Under the pieces are notes generated by a model. It had not been told where the DNA came from. It saw only the letters and a list, made by a program, of their open reading frames with translations, and searched no databases. Shown here in pieces: positions 1 to 9,343 of a DNA stretch of 34,033 nucleotides. This DNA comes from an uncultured Thermoplasmatales archaeon (GTDB lineage: Archaea > Thermoplasmatota > E2 > DHVEG-1): assembly GCA_964517155.1 (NCBI GenBank), contig CAZFAZ010000036.1:1-34033 (forward strand), written 5' to 3'. The translations under genes and the position numbers were made by a program. How positions within the stretch are numbered: the first letter of the stretch is position 1; every line of letters begins with the position of its first letter.

Positions 1-28
1 ATTCCAACAGGGAAAAAATGGTAAAATA

Positions 29-100
29 AGCCGCTGACGGGAATTGAACCCGCGACCTATTCCTTACCAAGGAATCGCTATACCTCTAAGCCACAGCGGC
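29..100 (-). tRNA. tRNA-Thr (anticodon GGT), no intron, CCA not encoded
   Basis: Reverse complement GCCGCTGTGGCTTAGAGGTATAGCGATTCCTTGGTAAGGAATAGGTCGCGGGTTCAATTCCCGTCAGCGGCT folds as a cloverleaf: acceptor GCCGCTG/CAGCGGC, anticodon stem ATTCC/GGAAT around TT-GGT-AA, T-loop TTCAATT. Confidence 0.96.
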
Positions 101-208
101 GGAATGTAACCCCTGAATAACAAAGCATTTATTTTACTTTTTGCAAAAACTGAGTTGAATGCAAAATTTATTTTAACACTATTCTTTTTGAGGTATTGGT
201 AAAAAAGT

Positions 209-1087
209 ATGAATTCGATAGATCTTCCAGATGTTCAATCAAGCCCATCATCTTCAAATTTCAAATTAACTCGTGTGGGCGTAACAGGTGTAAAAAAGCT
301 TGTTCAGATTAAAAGACCTGATAAAAAATCAGCAATGCCTCTTGTTGTTAAAATGGATCTTTTTGTTGATTTACCTGCTTCTCAAAAAGGAAGCCACATG
401 TCTAGAAATCTAGAACTAGTATCAGAAATAATAGATGTAAATATTCAAAAACCTGTTACAGATCTTGAATCTTTTTGCGAACAGATTGCAAAACGGCTTC
501 TTATAAAACATGAATATGCTACTTTTTCAGAGGTTAAAGCAGAGGCTGATTATTTTTTGGAAAGAACATATCCTGATGGTAAAACGGGCATGGAGCCTTA
601 TAAACTTGTATCTGAAGCACGAGCAAAAAAAACAGGTGATGTAAAAAAACTTATTGGTGTAAAAGTAATTGGTATGACTGCTTGTCCTTGCGCTCGTGAA
701 GTAATTAAAACAATTGGAAAATACAGTGATAAAGATGTACCCCCAACCCATAATCAACGAAATATTACAACTTTGATGATTGAAGTCCCTGGTGATTATA
801 AAGCAGTTGATGCAAATGATCTTATTGATATTGCAGAAAAATCTTTTAGCAGCCCTACATTTAGTATTTTAAAACGTGCAGAAGAAGGAAAACTTGTATA
901 TGATGCTCATAAGAATCCTAAGTTTGTAGAAGACGTTGTAAGAGATATTCTTAGCGCTATTCTTAAAAAATACAAAGATCTCCCTGATGACGTAATTGTT
1001 GTTGTTAGAAGTGAAAGTGAAGAATCTATTCATAAACATAATGCTTTTGCAGAGCGTGTAACTACTCTTGGTGAGCTTAGGAAATAA
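209..1087 (+). CDS. mptA: GTP cyclohydrolase IV (MptA/FolE2 family)
   Basis: Motifs LPDVQ, RVGV, KGSHMSR, MTACPC, HNQR, NPKFVEDVVR and ESIHKHNAFA are typical of the FolE2/MptA family. Confidence 0.92.
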   Translation: MNSIDLPDVQSSPSSSNFKLTRVGVTGVKKLVQIKRPDKKSAMPLVVKMDLFVDLPASQKGSHMSRNLELVSEIIDVNIQKPVTDLESFCEQIAKRLLIKHEYATFSEVKAEADYFLERTYPDGKTGMEPYKLVSEARAKKTGDVKKLIGVKVIGMTACPCAREVIKTIGKYSDKDVPPTHNQRNITTLMIEVPGDYKAVDANDLIDIAEKSFSSPTFSILKRAEEGKLVYDAHKNPKFVEDVVRDILSAILKKYKDLPDDVIVVVRSESEESIHKHNAFAERVTTLGELRK

Positions 1088-1089
1088 AT

Positions 1090-2040
1090 ATGAGTGCATC
1101 ATCTGAAATCAAAAATGTTTTTTTTGATGCATGTAAAACTAGTTTTACACTTTTTAAAATAATTATTCCTGTAAGTATTATTGTAAAGATTCTTAGCGAT
1201 CTAGGTCTTGTTGAAGTGATAGGTAGAAATCTTTCACCAGTTATGGGACTTGTTGGTCTGCCTGGAGAGTTTGGTATCGTATGGACTACTGCAATGATTA
1301 CTAATCTTTATGGCGGCATGATTGCTTTTTTTCATCTTTCACTTGAAAATTCTTATTCTGTTGCCCAAGTAACAGTCCTTGCAACTATGATGCTTATAGC
1401 ACATACTCTTCCAGTGGAGGTGCGTATCGCTCAAAAAGCAGGTGTGCGAGCGTGGTTTACAATTTTATTTCGTATTGGTTGTGCATTTATAATTGGTGTT
1501 GTTCTCAGTTTTATTTTTAATAAACTTAATATTTTACAAAATGAAAATAAAATATTCTGGCAACCGGAAATATCAAATCCTAATCTTATCCAGTGGATTT
1601 TTGATCAACTTAGAAACTATGCAATAATTTTTCTGATAATTTTTGCTCTGATGATTTTAATGCATGTTTTGAAAAAAATTGGTGTAATGCAAAAACTTAA
1701 TGATTTAATGGAGCCAGGGCTGCGTTTTCTTGGAATGAGTAAAAATGCAGCACCGGTTACAATTATCGGTATGACTCTTGGTCTTTCGTATGGCGGAGGT
1801 TTGATAATTAAAGAAGCAAAAGAAAAAATGCTTAGTAAAAAAGATGCTTTTCTTTCTCTTTGCCTGATGGGTCTTTCACACAGCCTTATAGAAGATACAC
1901 TTTTAATGATTGCAATTGGTGCAAATTTAATAGGTATTTTAGGCGCAAGAATAATATTTACAATTGTTGTAATGTTTGTTTTAATTAAGCTTATTAAACA
2001 TATTTCCAAAAATAGTTTTCAAAAGTTTTTTGCTAGATAA
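1090..2040 (+). CDS. Multi-pass membrane protein, nucleoside-recognition (Gate) domain type
   Basis: About 8 hydrophobic segments; PVMGLVGLPG, AHTLPVE, GLSYGGGL and HSLIEDT motifs; starts 2 nt after the mptA stop. Confidence 0.7.
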   Translation: MSASSEIKNVFFDACKTSFTLFKIIIPVSIIVKILSDLGLVEVIGRNLSPVMGLVGLPGEFGIVWTTAMITNLYGGMIAFFHLSLENSYSVAQVTVLATMMLIAHTLPVEVRIAQKAGVRAWFTILFRIGCAFIIGVVLSFIFNKLNILQNENKIFWQPEISNPNLIQWIFDQLRNYAIIFLIIFALMILMHVLKKIGVMQKLNDLMEPGLRFLGMSKNAAPVTIIGMTLGLSYGGGLIIKEAKEKMLSKKDAFLSLCLMGLSHSLIEDTLLMIAIGANLIGILGARIIFTIVVMFVLIKLIKHISKNSFQKFFAR

Positions 2041-2091
2041 AAAATCATGCTTTGAAAACCTTTAATACAAGTTTTTTGATTACATTTTTTC

Positions 2092-3234
2092 ATGTCAAAA
2101 TATAAAATTGCATGGTTACCCGGAGATGGTGTTGGAAACGATGTAATGGATGCAGCAAAAATAGTTCTTGACACCATCGGACTAGACGCTGAATATATAC
2201 CAGGGGACATTGGCTGGGAGTTTTGGAAATCTGAAGGAGACCCACTACCAGAGAGAACACTTAAACTTTTAAAAGAAGTAAATTGCGGTCTATTTGGTGC
2301 TATTACAAGCAAACCAAAAGAAGAAGCAGAAAAAGAGCTCTCATCTAAACTTAAGGGAAAAGGAATTACTTATTCAAGCCCAATTGTAAGACTTAGACAG
2401 ACTTTTAATCTTCATACAAATCTTAGACCTTGCAAAGCATATGAAGGCAATCCTTTGAACTTCCGTGATGACATTGACCTTGTAGTTTTCAGAGAAAACA
2501 CAGAAGGACTTTATGCAGGAGTTGAGTTTCATCCTGTGCCAAAAGAAGTTTTTGATGTTTTAAAAAAGAATCATCCTAAAATGAAAAAATTTCAAGATAC
2601 AAAACTTGAGGATTTAGCAATATCTACTAGAATTTTTACTCGAAAGGCTTGTCAAAATATAGTCAGACAAGCATTTGAATATGCCAAAAACAACAATCGC
2701 AAGAGTGTAACAGTTGTAGAAAAACCAAATGTTATACGTGAAACAAGTGGCCTGATGATTCGTGAGGCGCGTAAAATTGCACAGGAATATCCAAAAATAG
2801 CTTTATGGGAGACAAATGTAGATGCTATGTGTATGTGGCTTGTGAAAAATCCACAAGACTATGATGTACTTGTTGCAAGTAACATGTTTGGGGATATAAT
2901 TTCTGATTTATGCGCTCAACTCGTAGGGGGTCTTGGTTTTGCTGCTAGTGGAAATATTGGTGACAGGCTTGCTGTTTTTGAACCAACTCATGGCAGTGCT
3001 CCAAAGTATGCAGGTCAATACAAAGTAAATCCAACTGCTATGATTCAATCAGTTAAATTAATGCTTAACTGGCTTGGTGAAAAACAAGATGCAGAAATGC
3101 TTGACAAAGCAATTGCAACAGTAATCAAAGAAGGAAAATACAGAACATATGATGTAGCAAATGGGCAAAATACAACTATTGAAGTCGCAGAAGAAATAGC
3201 AAAGAAATACAAAAAACTTGTTCAGACAATCTAA
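2092..3234 (+). CDS. Isocitrate/isopropylmalate (beta-decarboxylating) dehydrogenase family protein; substrate not assignable
   Basis: LPGDGVG, FRENTEGLY, NMFGDIISDLCAQLVGGLG and EPTHGSAPKYAG motifs. Confidence 0.9.
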   Translation: MSKYKIAWLPGDGVGNDVMDAAKIVLDTIGLDAEYIPGDIGWEFWKSEGDPLPERTLKLLKEVNCGLFGAITSKPKEEAEKELSSKLKGKGITYSSPIVRLRQTFNLHTNLRPCKAYEGNPLNFRDDIDLVVFRENTEGLYAGVEFHPVPKEVFDVLKKNHPKMKKFQDTKLEDLAISTRIFTRKACQNIVRQAFEYAKNNNRKSVTVVEKPNVIRETSGLMIREARKIAQEYPKIALWETNVDAMCMWLVKNPQDYDVLVASNMFGDIISDLCAQLVGGLGFAASGNIGDRLAVFEPTHGSAPKYAGQYKVNPTAMIQSVKLMLNWLGEKQDAEMLDKAIATVIKEGKYRTYDVANGQNTTIEVAEEIAKKYKKLVQTI

Positions 3235-3301
3235 AATTTTTTAGCCAGAAAAATTCATATAATCTATATCTATTACCGGTGACCAACTGAGGCTTTAGTT
3301 T

Positions 3302-4633
3302 ATGTCAAAAAAAAAGAAAGTAATGATAATGGGTGCAGCAGGTCGAGATTTTCATAATTTTAATACTTATTTTAGAGACAATGAAGAATTTGAAGTAGTA
3401 TGCTTTACAGCAACTCAGATTCCAGATATTCATGGTCGTAAGTATCCGCCAGAACTTGCAGGAAAACTATATCCTAATGGCATTCCAATCCATGATGAAA
3501 AAAATCTTACAAAGTTAATAAAAGAAAACAACATTGACATTGTTGTTTTTGCTTATTCTGATGTACCACATTCCTATGTTATGAACAAGTCTGCAATTGT
3601 TAATGCAGCTGGTGCAGATTTTATGCTCATGGGTACTGAAAACACTCAGATAAAATCTAAAAAACCAGTAATTGCAGTATGTGCAGTAAGAACTGGTTGT
3701 GGTAAATCTCAGGTTAGCCGTGCGATTTTTGAAATGCTTCGCAATAAAGGCATTAGGGTTGCAAGTATACGTCATCCTATGCCTTATGATCAAGATTTAG
3801 TAATGCAGACTGTTCAGCGTTTTGCAAGCTATGAAGATTTAGATAAATACAATTGTACTATTGAAGAGCGCGAAGAATATGAGCCTTATATTGACATGGG
3901 TGGAGTAATCTTTGCAGGTGTTGACTATGGCAAAATCCTTCGTGAGGCAGAAAAAGAAGCAGATGTAATAATATGGGATGGCGGAAACAATGATTTTAGC
4001 TTTTACAAAACCGATCTCTTGATTACAATTGCAGATCCGCATCGTGCAGGTCATGAACTTATGTATTATCCTGGTGAGCTTAATTTTCGCTCTGCAGATG
4101 TTATAATTATAAACAAGGTTAACACTGCAAAAAGAGGAGATATTGAAACTGTTCGTAAAAATGTTGAGATGGCAAATCCTAAAGCAAAACTGATAGAAGG
4201 AGTATCTAGTGTTTTTGTAGAAGGAGAGCATAACCTAAAAGGTAAAAAAGTTCTTGTAATTGAAGATGGACCCACAGTTACTCATGGTAGTATGCCTTAT
4301 GGTGCTGGAACTGTTGCTGCACGAGATGCTGGTGTAAAAGATATAATAGACCCAAGACCTTTTGCAGTTGGAAGTATTAAAGATACTTTTGATAAATATA
4401 CTCATTTAACAAATGTTCTTCCAGCGATGGGATATGGTAAAAAACAAACAAAAGAACTTGAGCAGACCATTAATAACAGCAATGTTGACATTGTTTTAAG
4501 TGGAACTCCTATTGATATAACTCGTGTTATAAACTCTAGTAAAACAATTATTCGAGTAAGCTACGGCGTTGGTAAAGAAACTTATGAAGAGATTGAAAAA
4601 ATAGTTACAAATTTTATCAGAAAACATCTCTAA
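3302..4633 (+). CDS. COG2403 P-loop protein (cDPG-synthetase-like), probable arginine synthetase ArcE-type
   Basis: N-terminal MGAAGRDFHNFN...FTATQIP...RKYPPELAG, P-loop AVRTGCGKS, TIEEREEYEP, WDGGNND and EDGPTVTHG. Confidence 0.75.
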   Translation: MSKKKKVMIMGAAGRDFHNFNTYFRDNEEFEVVCFTATQIPDIHGRKYPPELAGKLYPNGIPIHDEKNLTKLIKENNIDIVVFAYSDVPHSYVMNKSAIVNAAGADFMLMGTENTQIKSKKPVIAVCAVRTGCGKSQVSRAIFEMLRNKGIRVASIRHPMPYDQDLVMQTVQRFASYEDLDKYNCTIEEREEYEPYIDMGGVIFAGVDYGKILREAEKEADVIIWDGGNNDFSFYKTDLLITIADPHRAGHELMYYPGELNFRSADVIIINKVNTAKRGDIETVRKNVEMANPKAKLIEGVSSVFVEGEHNLKGKKVLVIEDGPTVTHGSMPYGAGTVAARDAGVKDIIDPRPFAVGSIKDTFDKYTHLTNVLPAMGYGKKQTKELEQTINNSNVDIVLSGTPIDITRVINSSKTIIRVSYGVGKETYEEIEKIVTNFIRKHL

Positions 4634-4642
4634 ATATTTTTT

Positions 4643-5602
4643 TTATTTTAGTTTTCCGCCTTCTTGAACAAAATATGCTAGTAGTGTTTCTAGTTGTATA
4701 TGAGCATTGCTTCCTTGTATGAGTCTGAACTCTGTTTCACCTGTTTTTTCAATGAGATGTACTTTGCTTTCCTCAGGAATTGTTAAATCAAAAATATTTT
4801 GATGTATTTGTTTTACTATGTCTTCTCCTGACAAACCATATTTTATTAGTAAATCATATAGCTGGTTTCTTGCAGCCATAAATTTACCGCCTAGTGCTGT
4901 GTTTATCAAATTTTTGATATCCTCTGGTTTTGCAGTTGCAGTTGTTTCATATATTAATTCTGCTGTAATTTTATCTGAAGTCGATGCCCCTACTTGAAGT
5001 ATATTTATTGCTTTTCTCATATCTCCCCGGCTTATAAATATAAGTGTATCAAGGCCATCTTGTGTGATTTGTAGTTTTTCATTTTGTGCAATTTTTCTCA
5101 TATATTTTTTAATATCATCAGGCTTTATCGGACTGAAACGAAATACAGTACATCTGGATTGTATCGGATCTATTACTTTTGATGAATAATTTACAGATAG
5201 TATAAAACGACAGATATGAGTATATTTTTCAATGGTTCTTCTAAGTGCAGATTGTGCATCGTTTGTAAGTGAATCTGCTTCATCTAGAAAGATTATTTTA
5301 AACTGTGCTTTTCCCATGGGTGCTGTTCTTGCAAAATCTTTGATTTTACCACGTATGATATTAATTCCTCTTTCATCACTTGCATTAAGTTCATTGAAGT
5401 TTTGTTTCCAGGTATCACCAAAAAGTTCTTTTGCAAGTGCAATAGCTGATGTGGTTTTACCAGTGCCGGCAGGTCCTGCAAACATTAGATGCGGAACATT
5501 TTTTGTTTTAACATATGCTTTTAGCCTTTCTACTATTTCATCTTGACCTACTACATCATCTAGTTTCTTTGGCCGGTATTTTTCTATCCAGATTTCCTCC
5601 AT
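4643..5602 (-). CDS. rfcS: Replication factor C small subunit
   Basis: WIEKYRP, Walker A GPAGTGKT, ELNASDERG, Walker B FLDEAD, SRC motif and GDMRKAIN. Confidence 0.97.
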   Translation of the reverse strand: MEEIWIEKYRPKKLDDVVGQDEIVERLKAYVKTKNVPHLMFAGPAGTGKTTSAIALAKELFGDTWKQNFNELNASDERGINIIRGKIKDFARTAPMGKAQFKIIFLDEADSLTNDAQSALRRTIEKYTHICRFILSVNYSSKVIDPIQSRCTVFRFSPIKPDDIKKYMRKIAQNEKLQITQDGLDTLIFISRGDMRKAINILQVGASTSDKITAELIYETTATAKPEDIKNLINTALGGKFMAARNQLYDLLIKYGLSGEDIVKQIHQNIFDLTIPEESKVHLIEKTGETEFRLIQGSNAHIQLETLLAYFVQEGGKLK

Positions 5603-5635
5603 TAAAAGCCCCTTTGTGGTAATGTATTGTATTAG

Positions 5636-6178
5636 TTAATCTTTTTGCTCTATTACTTTTTTTATTATATTTGGTAGTTTTTTAATATTTTTTGTAAAAC
5701 TATGATCGTCATGATAAAATTTTATTGTTGCTTGTTGTGATTTTGCAAATTCTACAGACCAGTTATTTGGCACAACATCATCTAGTGTTCCTATAAGTAT
5801 TGTTATATCTGCTTTTATTTTTTTATCAAATAGCCGTGGATCTTTCATGTCTTTTAATATTGATTGTGGCATGTCTTTTATTTTTGTTATATCGTAATCT
5901 TTTGGCATTATCGCTGGATTCAAAAGAATTAACTTATTAATATTATCAGATTCTATAGCAGTTTCTACTGCTAAAAATCCACCTAGGGATGACCCTATTA
6001 ATACTACATCTGAATCTTTTTTGATTTCTTTTTTTATATTTTCAAGACATTCTGATATTATTAGTTCCTCTGGTTTGCAGTTTCTATATTTTATAGGCTT
6101 TGCATTTAGTGTTTTTTTAAAAAGTGTTCCTTTTGTACTATTTGGATCTGACAGGTAACCATGTATATAGTATAGCAT
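5636..6178 (-). CDS. Alpha/beta hydrolase, YqiA/UPF0227-like esterase
   Basis: YIHGYLS, nucleophile elbow GSSLGG, DDVVP and DHSF catalytic triad elements. Confidence 0.85.
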   Translation of the reverse strand: MLYYIHGYLSDPNSTKGTLFKKTLNAKPIKYRNCKPEELIISECLENIKKEIKKDSDVVLIGSSLGGFLAVETAIESDNINKLILLNPAIMPKDYDITKIKDMPQSILKDMKDPRLFDKKIKADITILIGTLDDVVPNNWSVEFAKSQQATIKFYHDDHSFTKNIKKLPNIIKKVIEQKD

Positions 6179-6287
6179 ATGATACGCATAATAAGTAAAG
6201 GTTTATAAAATCGATACCTTTTACAACAATAAATTTATATATAATTAAAACAATATAATTTTATATATTTGTTTGGTGCAACAGAAT

Positions 6288-6881
6288 ATGAAAAAAACAA
6301 TACTTACAATAGCTATAGGTTTAATACTTATTTTAACATGTACAATAAACACTATTTCTACAGATATAACTAAACAAACAGAAGATGAAACATATTACCT
6401 TGCAGCAACATATGGGCCTGCATGGGCCAAACTATTTACAAAAATCGAAATTATAAACGGAGATGCAGAACAAATTAGTCAGATAGAATCACGTCTAACA
6501 AAACATAACGTAGGAGAAGATGAAAATTTATATGTATCTGTTGAAAAACTAACTTTTAAAGTCACATATAAACTACCAACAACTATTTTCTCTAGATTCT
6601 TGTACTATTCAATTAATACAAAAATAAGTTTTAGCGAATTTTCAGATTTTCAAAACATTTCAAGTTTTCAGGATTTCAAAGAATTTGTCAACAACTCAAT
6701 TGAAACACTTAAAAACAGTACAAATATGACAAAGAGTAGACGACATAGTGTTACTTATGAAAATTTCACAGGTTTCTTTTATCTTGTAAAACCTAGAATG
6801 TTTAGAATTTTACCTCCAAAATTATTCATACCTGCAAAATTTGCTTTTGTAGGCGTATGTGAAAATATGATTATAAACTAA
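6288..6881 (+). CDS. Hypothetical secreted or membrane-anchored protein
   Basis: ATG at 6288 gives MKKTILTIAIGLILILTC (signal-peptide-like), with GGTG upstream; the upstream TTG at 6273 is a less likely start. Confidence 0.65.
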   Translation: MKKTILTIAIGLILILTCTINTISTDITKQTEDETYYLAATYGPAWAKLFTKIEIINGDAEQISQIESRLTKHNVGEDENLYVSVEKLTFKVTYKLPTTIFSRFLYYSINTKISFSEFSDFQNISSFQDFKEFVNNSIETLKNSTNMTKSRRHSVTYENFTGFFYLVKPRMFRILPPKLFIPAKFAFVGVCENMIIN

Positions 6882-6895
6882 AAAAAATCTTTTTT

Positions 6896-7291
6896 TTATT
6901 TTGAAAAACAATCAATTATCACTTTTCTATTTCTAGGCCCATCTGCTTCATAAAAAAATATATGCTGCCATGTTCCAAGAACCAATTCATTGTTTTTTAT
7001 AAGAACAGTTGATGAAGAACCCATAAGACTTGCTTTGATATGTGCATCACTATTTCCCTCCATATGATGATAATTATCATTTTCAGGAATTAATTTTTCC
7101 AAAGTAGCAATTATATCTCTTTGAACACTTGGATCAGCACCTTCATTTATTGTAACACCAGCAGTTGTATGAGGCACATAAATTACTACAAAACCATCTT
7201 TGATGTTTTCTTGCTTGATTATTTCTTCAACTTCATGTGTAATATCTATCATTTCGTTTCTATTTTTTGACTTAATCTTTATTTCTTGCAT
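6896..7291 (-). CDS. yjbQ: YjbQ/UPF0047 family protein
   Basis: VPHTTAGVTINE, GNSDAHIKASL and LGTWQHIFFYEADGPR motifs; ATG at 7291 preferred as start. Confidence 0.9.
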   Translation of the reverse strand: MQEIKIKSKNRNEMIDITHEVEEIIKQENIKDGFVVIYVPHTTAGVTINEGADPSVQRDIIATLEKLIPENDNYHHMEGNSDAHIKASLMGSSSTVLIKNNELVLGTWQHIFFYEADGPRNRKVIIDCFSK

Positions 7292-7350
7292 AACAAATTT
7301 TGTTATAAACAAAGTATTATAAAATAAATAGGGTTGCAGGGTTTTTTGTT

Positions 7351-7944
7351 ATGAAGTTAAACCCAAAAGCAGTTCTTTTTGATATGGATGGAGTACTTGT
7401 GGACTCAATTGAATCTTGGAGAAAAGCGTTAAATCATGCTTTAGAAAAATATAATATGGACAAAATTTCAAAAGAAGTATTTATCAAAAAATACTGGGGT
7501 CATGACCTTTATGATAATTTAAAACGCAATAATCTACCCTTAAAAGTTGGAATGTTTTGCAACAAGGTTTACTCAGAACATTTAGAAGATGTAAAGATTT
7601 ATCCAAATGTAAAAGAAGTCTTAGAAAAACTATCAAAATATCCAAAATGCGTCATTACAAACACACCGTGTGATTGCACAAAACAAATACTTGAAACTTT
7701 TGATATAGCAAAATATTTTGATTTTATTTTTACAAGCGACGATGTTAAACTTGCAAAGCCAGACCCTGAAATTGTCCTTCTTGCATGTAAAAAACTTGAA
7801 CTTGAACCAAAAGACGTGGTTTTAGTAGGAGATACAGACAGCGATATTGCTGCAGGTCACGCAGCAGGATGTAAAGTAATAGGCGTTAGAATAAAAGCAG
7901 ATTATTTTATTGAAGATATCACTGATCTTTTAAATATTTTATAA
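7351..7944 (+). CDS. HAD-superfamily hydrolase (phosphoglycolate phosphatase-like)
   Basis: Motif I FDMDGVLVDS, motif II ITN, motif III KPDP and motif IV VGDTDSD. Confidence 0.9.
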   Translation: MKLNPKAVLFDMDGVLVDSIESWRKALNHALEKYNMDKISKEVFIKKYWGHDLYDNLKRNNLPLKVGMFCNKVYSEHLEDVKIYPNVKEVLEKLSKYPKCVITNTPCDCTKQILETFDIAKYFDFIFTSDDVKLAKPDPEIVLLACKKLELEPKDVVLVGDTDSDIAAGHAAGCKVIGVRIKADYFIEDITDLLNIL

Positions 7945-7994
7945 AAGAAGTTTTAAGTAAATAAAATCGATTCAAGTCCTGAGGAAAATAGATT

Positions 7995-8756
7995 ATGGAC
8001 GATATAGAACTTATTGAATATGAAAATGTAGATCTTTCCAGCTGTTTACTGATTGTTGCTTTTCCTACAGTGGGTCTAATAAGTAGTATCGCAGGTCATT
8101 TTATTATTGATTCTTTGAAACTAAAAGAGATAGGCGCAATTGTATCCAAGGAGTTTATGCCTGCAACAATTATTCATAACGGTAAACCTAGCCCACCTGT
8201 TAGAATTTATGCAGGAGATAAAAAATGTGGACCAAATGGCACATGCGAGCAGATAGCAGTAATTATTTCTGAGTTTATGCCACCGTATAACATAATCAAA
8301 CCTCTTGCAGATAAAATTCTTGAATGGGCCACAAAAAAAGGCTGCCACTCTATTGTTTCTCTTGAAGGAACTCATGCAGTAGACAGCAAAAAAAAGTTCA
8401 AAGTTTATGGTGTCAGCAGCAATGATACAATGAAAGAAATTTTGAAGAAATATAAAATCGAGGAAACACTTGAAGGCATGATTACGGGTGTAAATGGCGT
8501 AATGCTTTACCAAGGCGCTTTAAAGAAACGTGACGTGTTATGCCTACTTTCAGAGGCAAATGCGTCTTTTCCAGATAGCCGTGCCGCAGGAAACCTACTG
8601 GAAAAAATAGATATTATGCTACCTGGTATTAAAATCGATCCTAAACCTTTGTATAAAGAAGCAAAAGAAATTGAAAAAAAGATTCGACAGTTTATGCAGC
8701 AAAGTAAACCTACGGCACCTCAGATCCCACCTATTCCACTGCATATGTACGGATGA
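7995..8756 (+). CDS. PAC2-family proteasome assembly chaperone (Pba-like) with C-terminal HbYX motif
   Basis: AFPTVGLISSIA, PPVRIY, GMITGVNG and FPDSRAA motifs; C-terminus MYG; GAGG upstream. Confidence 0.85.
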   Translation: MDDIELIEYENVDLSSCLLIVAFPTVGLISSIAGHFIIDSLKLKEIGAIVSKEFMPATIIHNGKPSPPVRIYAGDKKCGPNGTCEQIAVIISEFMPPYNIIKPLADKILEWATKKGCHSIVSLEGTHAVDSKKKFKVYGVSSNDTMKEILKKYKIEETLEGMITGVNGVMLYQGALKKRDVLCLLSEANASFPDSRAAGNLLEKIDIMLPGIKIDPKPLYKEAKEIEKKIRQFMQQSKPTAPQIPPIPLHMYG

Positions 8757-8762
8757 ATTTTT

Positions 8763-9266
8763 ATGAATACTAGAGAAGAAAAATTACAAAAAGCCTATGA
8801 TTTAGCATTTAAATATGAAGCAGAAAGAGGAAGCTGCCCGCAGTGTGTATATTCAGCGCTTATGGAAACACTTAATATTGGTGACAAAAACGTTGTAAAA
8901 TCAATTGATGCACTTGCTGGTGGAACAGCACTTTCTGCAGAAGGAACATGCGGTGCTTTGGTAGGAGGGCTTTGTGCGATAAGCAGTATTGTTGGTAGAA
9001 CCTATGAAGATTTTAGTGCAGGTGAGCACAAAAGACGCATTTTTATGTATTCAAAGAAACTTTATGATAAATTTATGCAGGAATATGGCTCTATTCTTTG
9101 TAAAGAGGTACATAAAAAACTTTTTGGAAGAACCTTTAATCTTATGAATAAAAATGATTACGCAGAATTTGAAAAAATGGGCGCACATGTCGATAAATGC
9201 CCAGATGTTAGCGGTAAAACAGCTAAGTGGGCTGCAGAAATCATTTTAGATGATCTGAAAAAATAA
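8763..9266 (+). CDS. C-GCAxxG-C-C family putative redox protein
   Basis: SCPQCV, GTCGALVGG, YGSILC and KCP cysteine pattern. Confidence 0.85.
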   Translation: MNTREEKLQKAYDLAFKYEAERGSCPQCVYSALMETLNIGDKNVVKSIDALAGGTALSAEGTCGALVGGLCAISSIVGRTYEDFSAGEHKRRIFMYSKKLYDKFMQEYGSILCKEVHKKLFGRTFNLMNKNDYAEFEKMGAHVDKCPDVSGKTAKWAAEIILDDLKK

Positions 9267-9343
9267 AAATCTTATTTTTTGTATTATTTTAAACCAAAAT
9301 TTATATATATCATTTAATATCTATATTAATAGGGGGCAATAAG

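Noticed and set aside
29..100. tRNA-Thr as an integration site (att) for the accessory region
   Set aside because: No integrase and no duplicated tRNA 3' end were seen in the window.
4643..5602. Intein in rfcS, a common insertion host
   Set aside because: The protein is 319 aa with contiguous motifs; there is no insertion.
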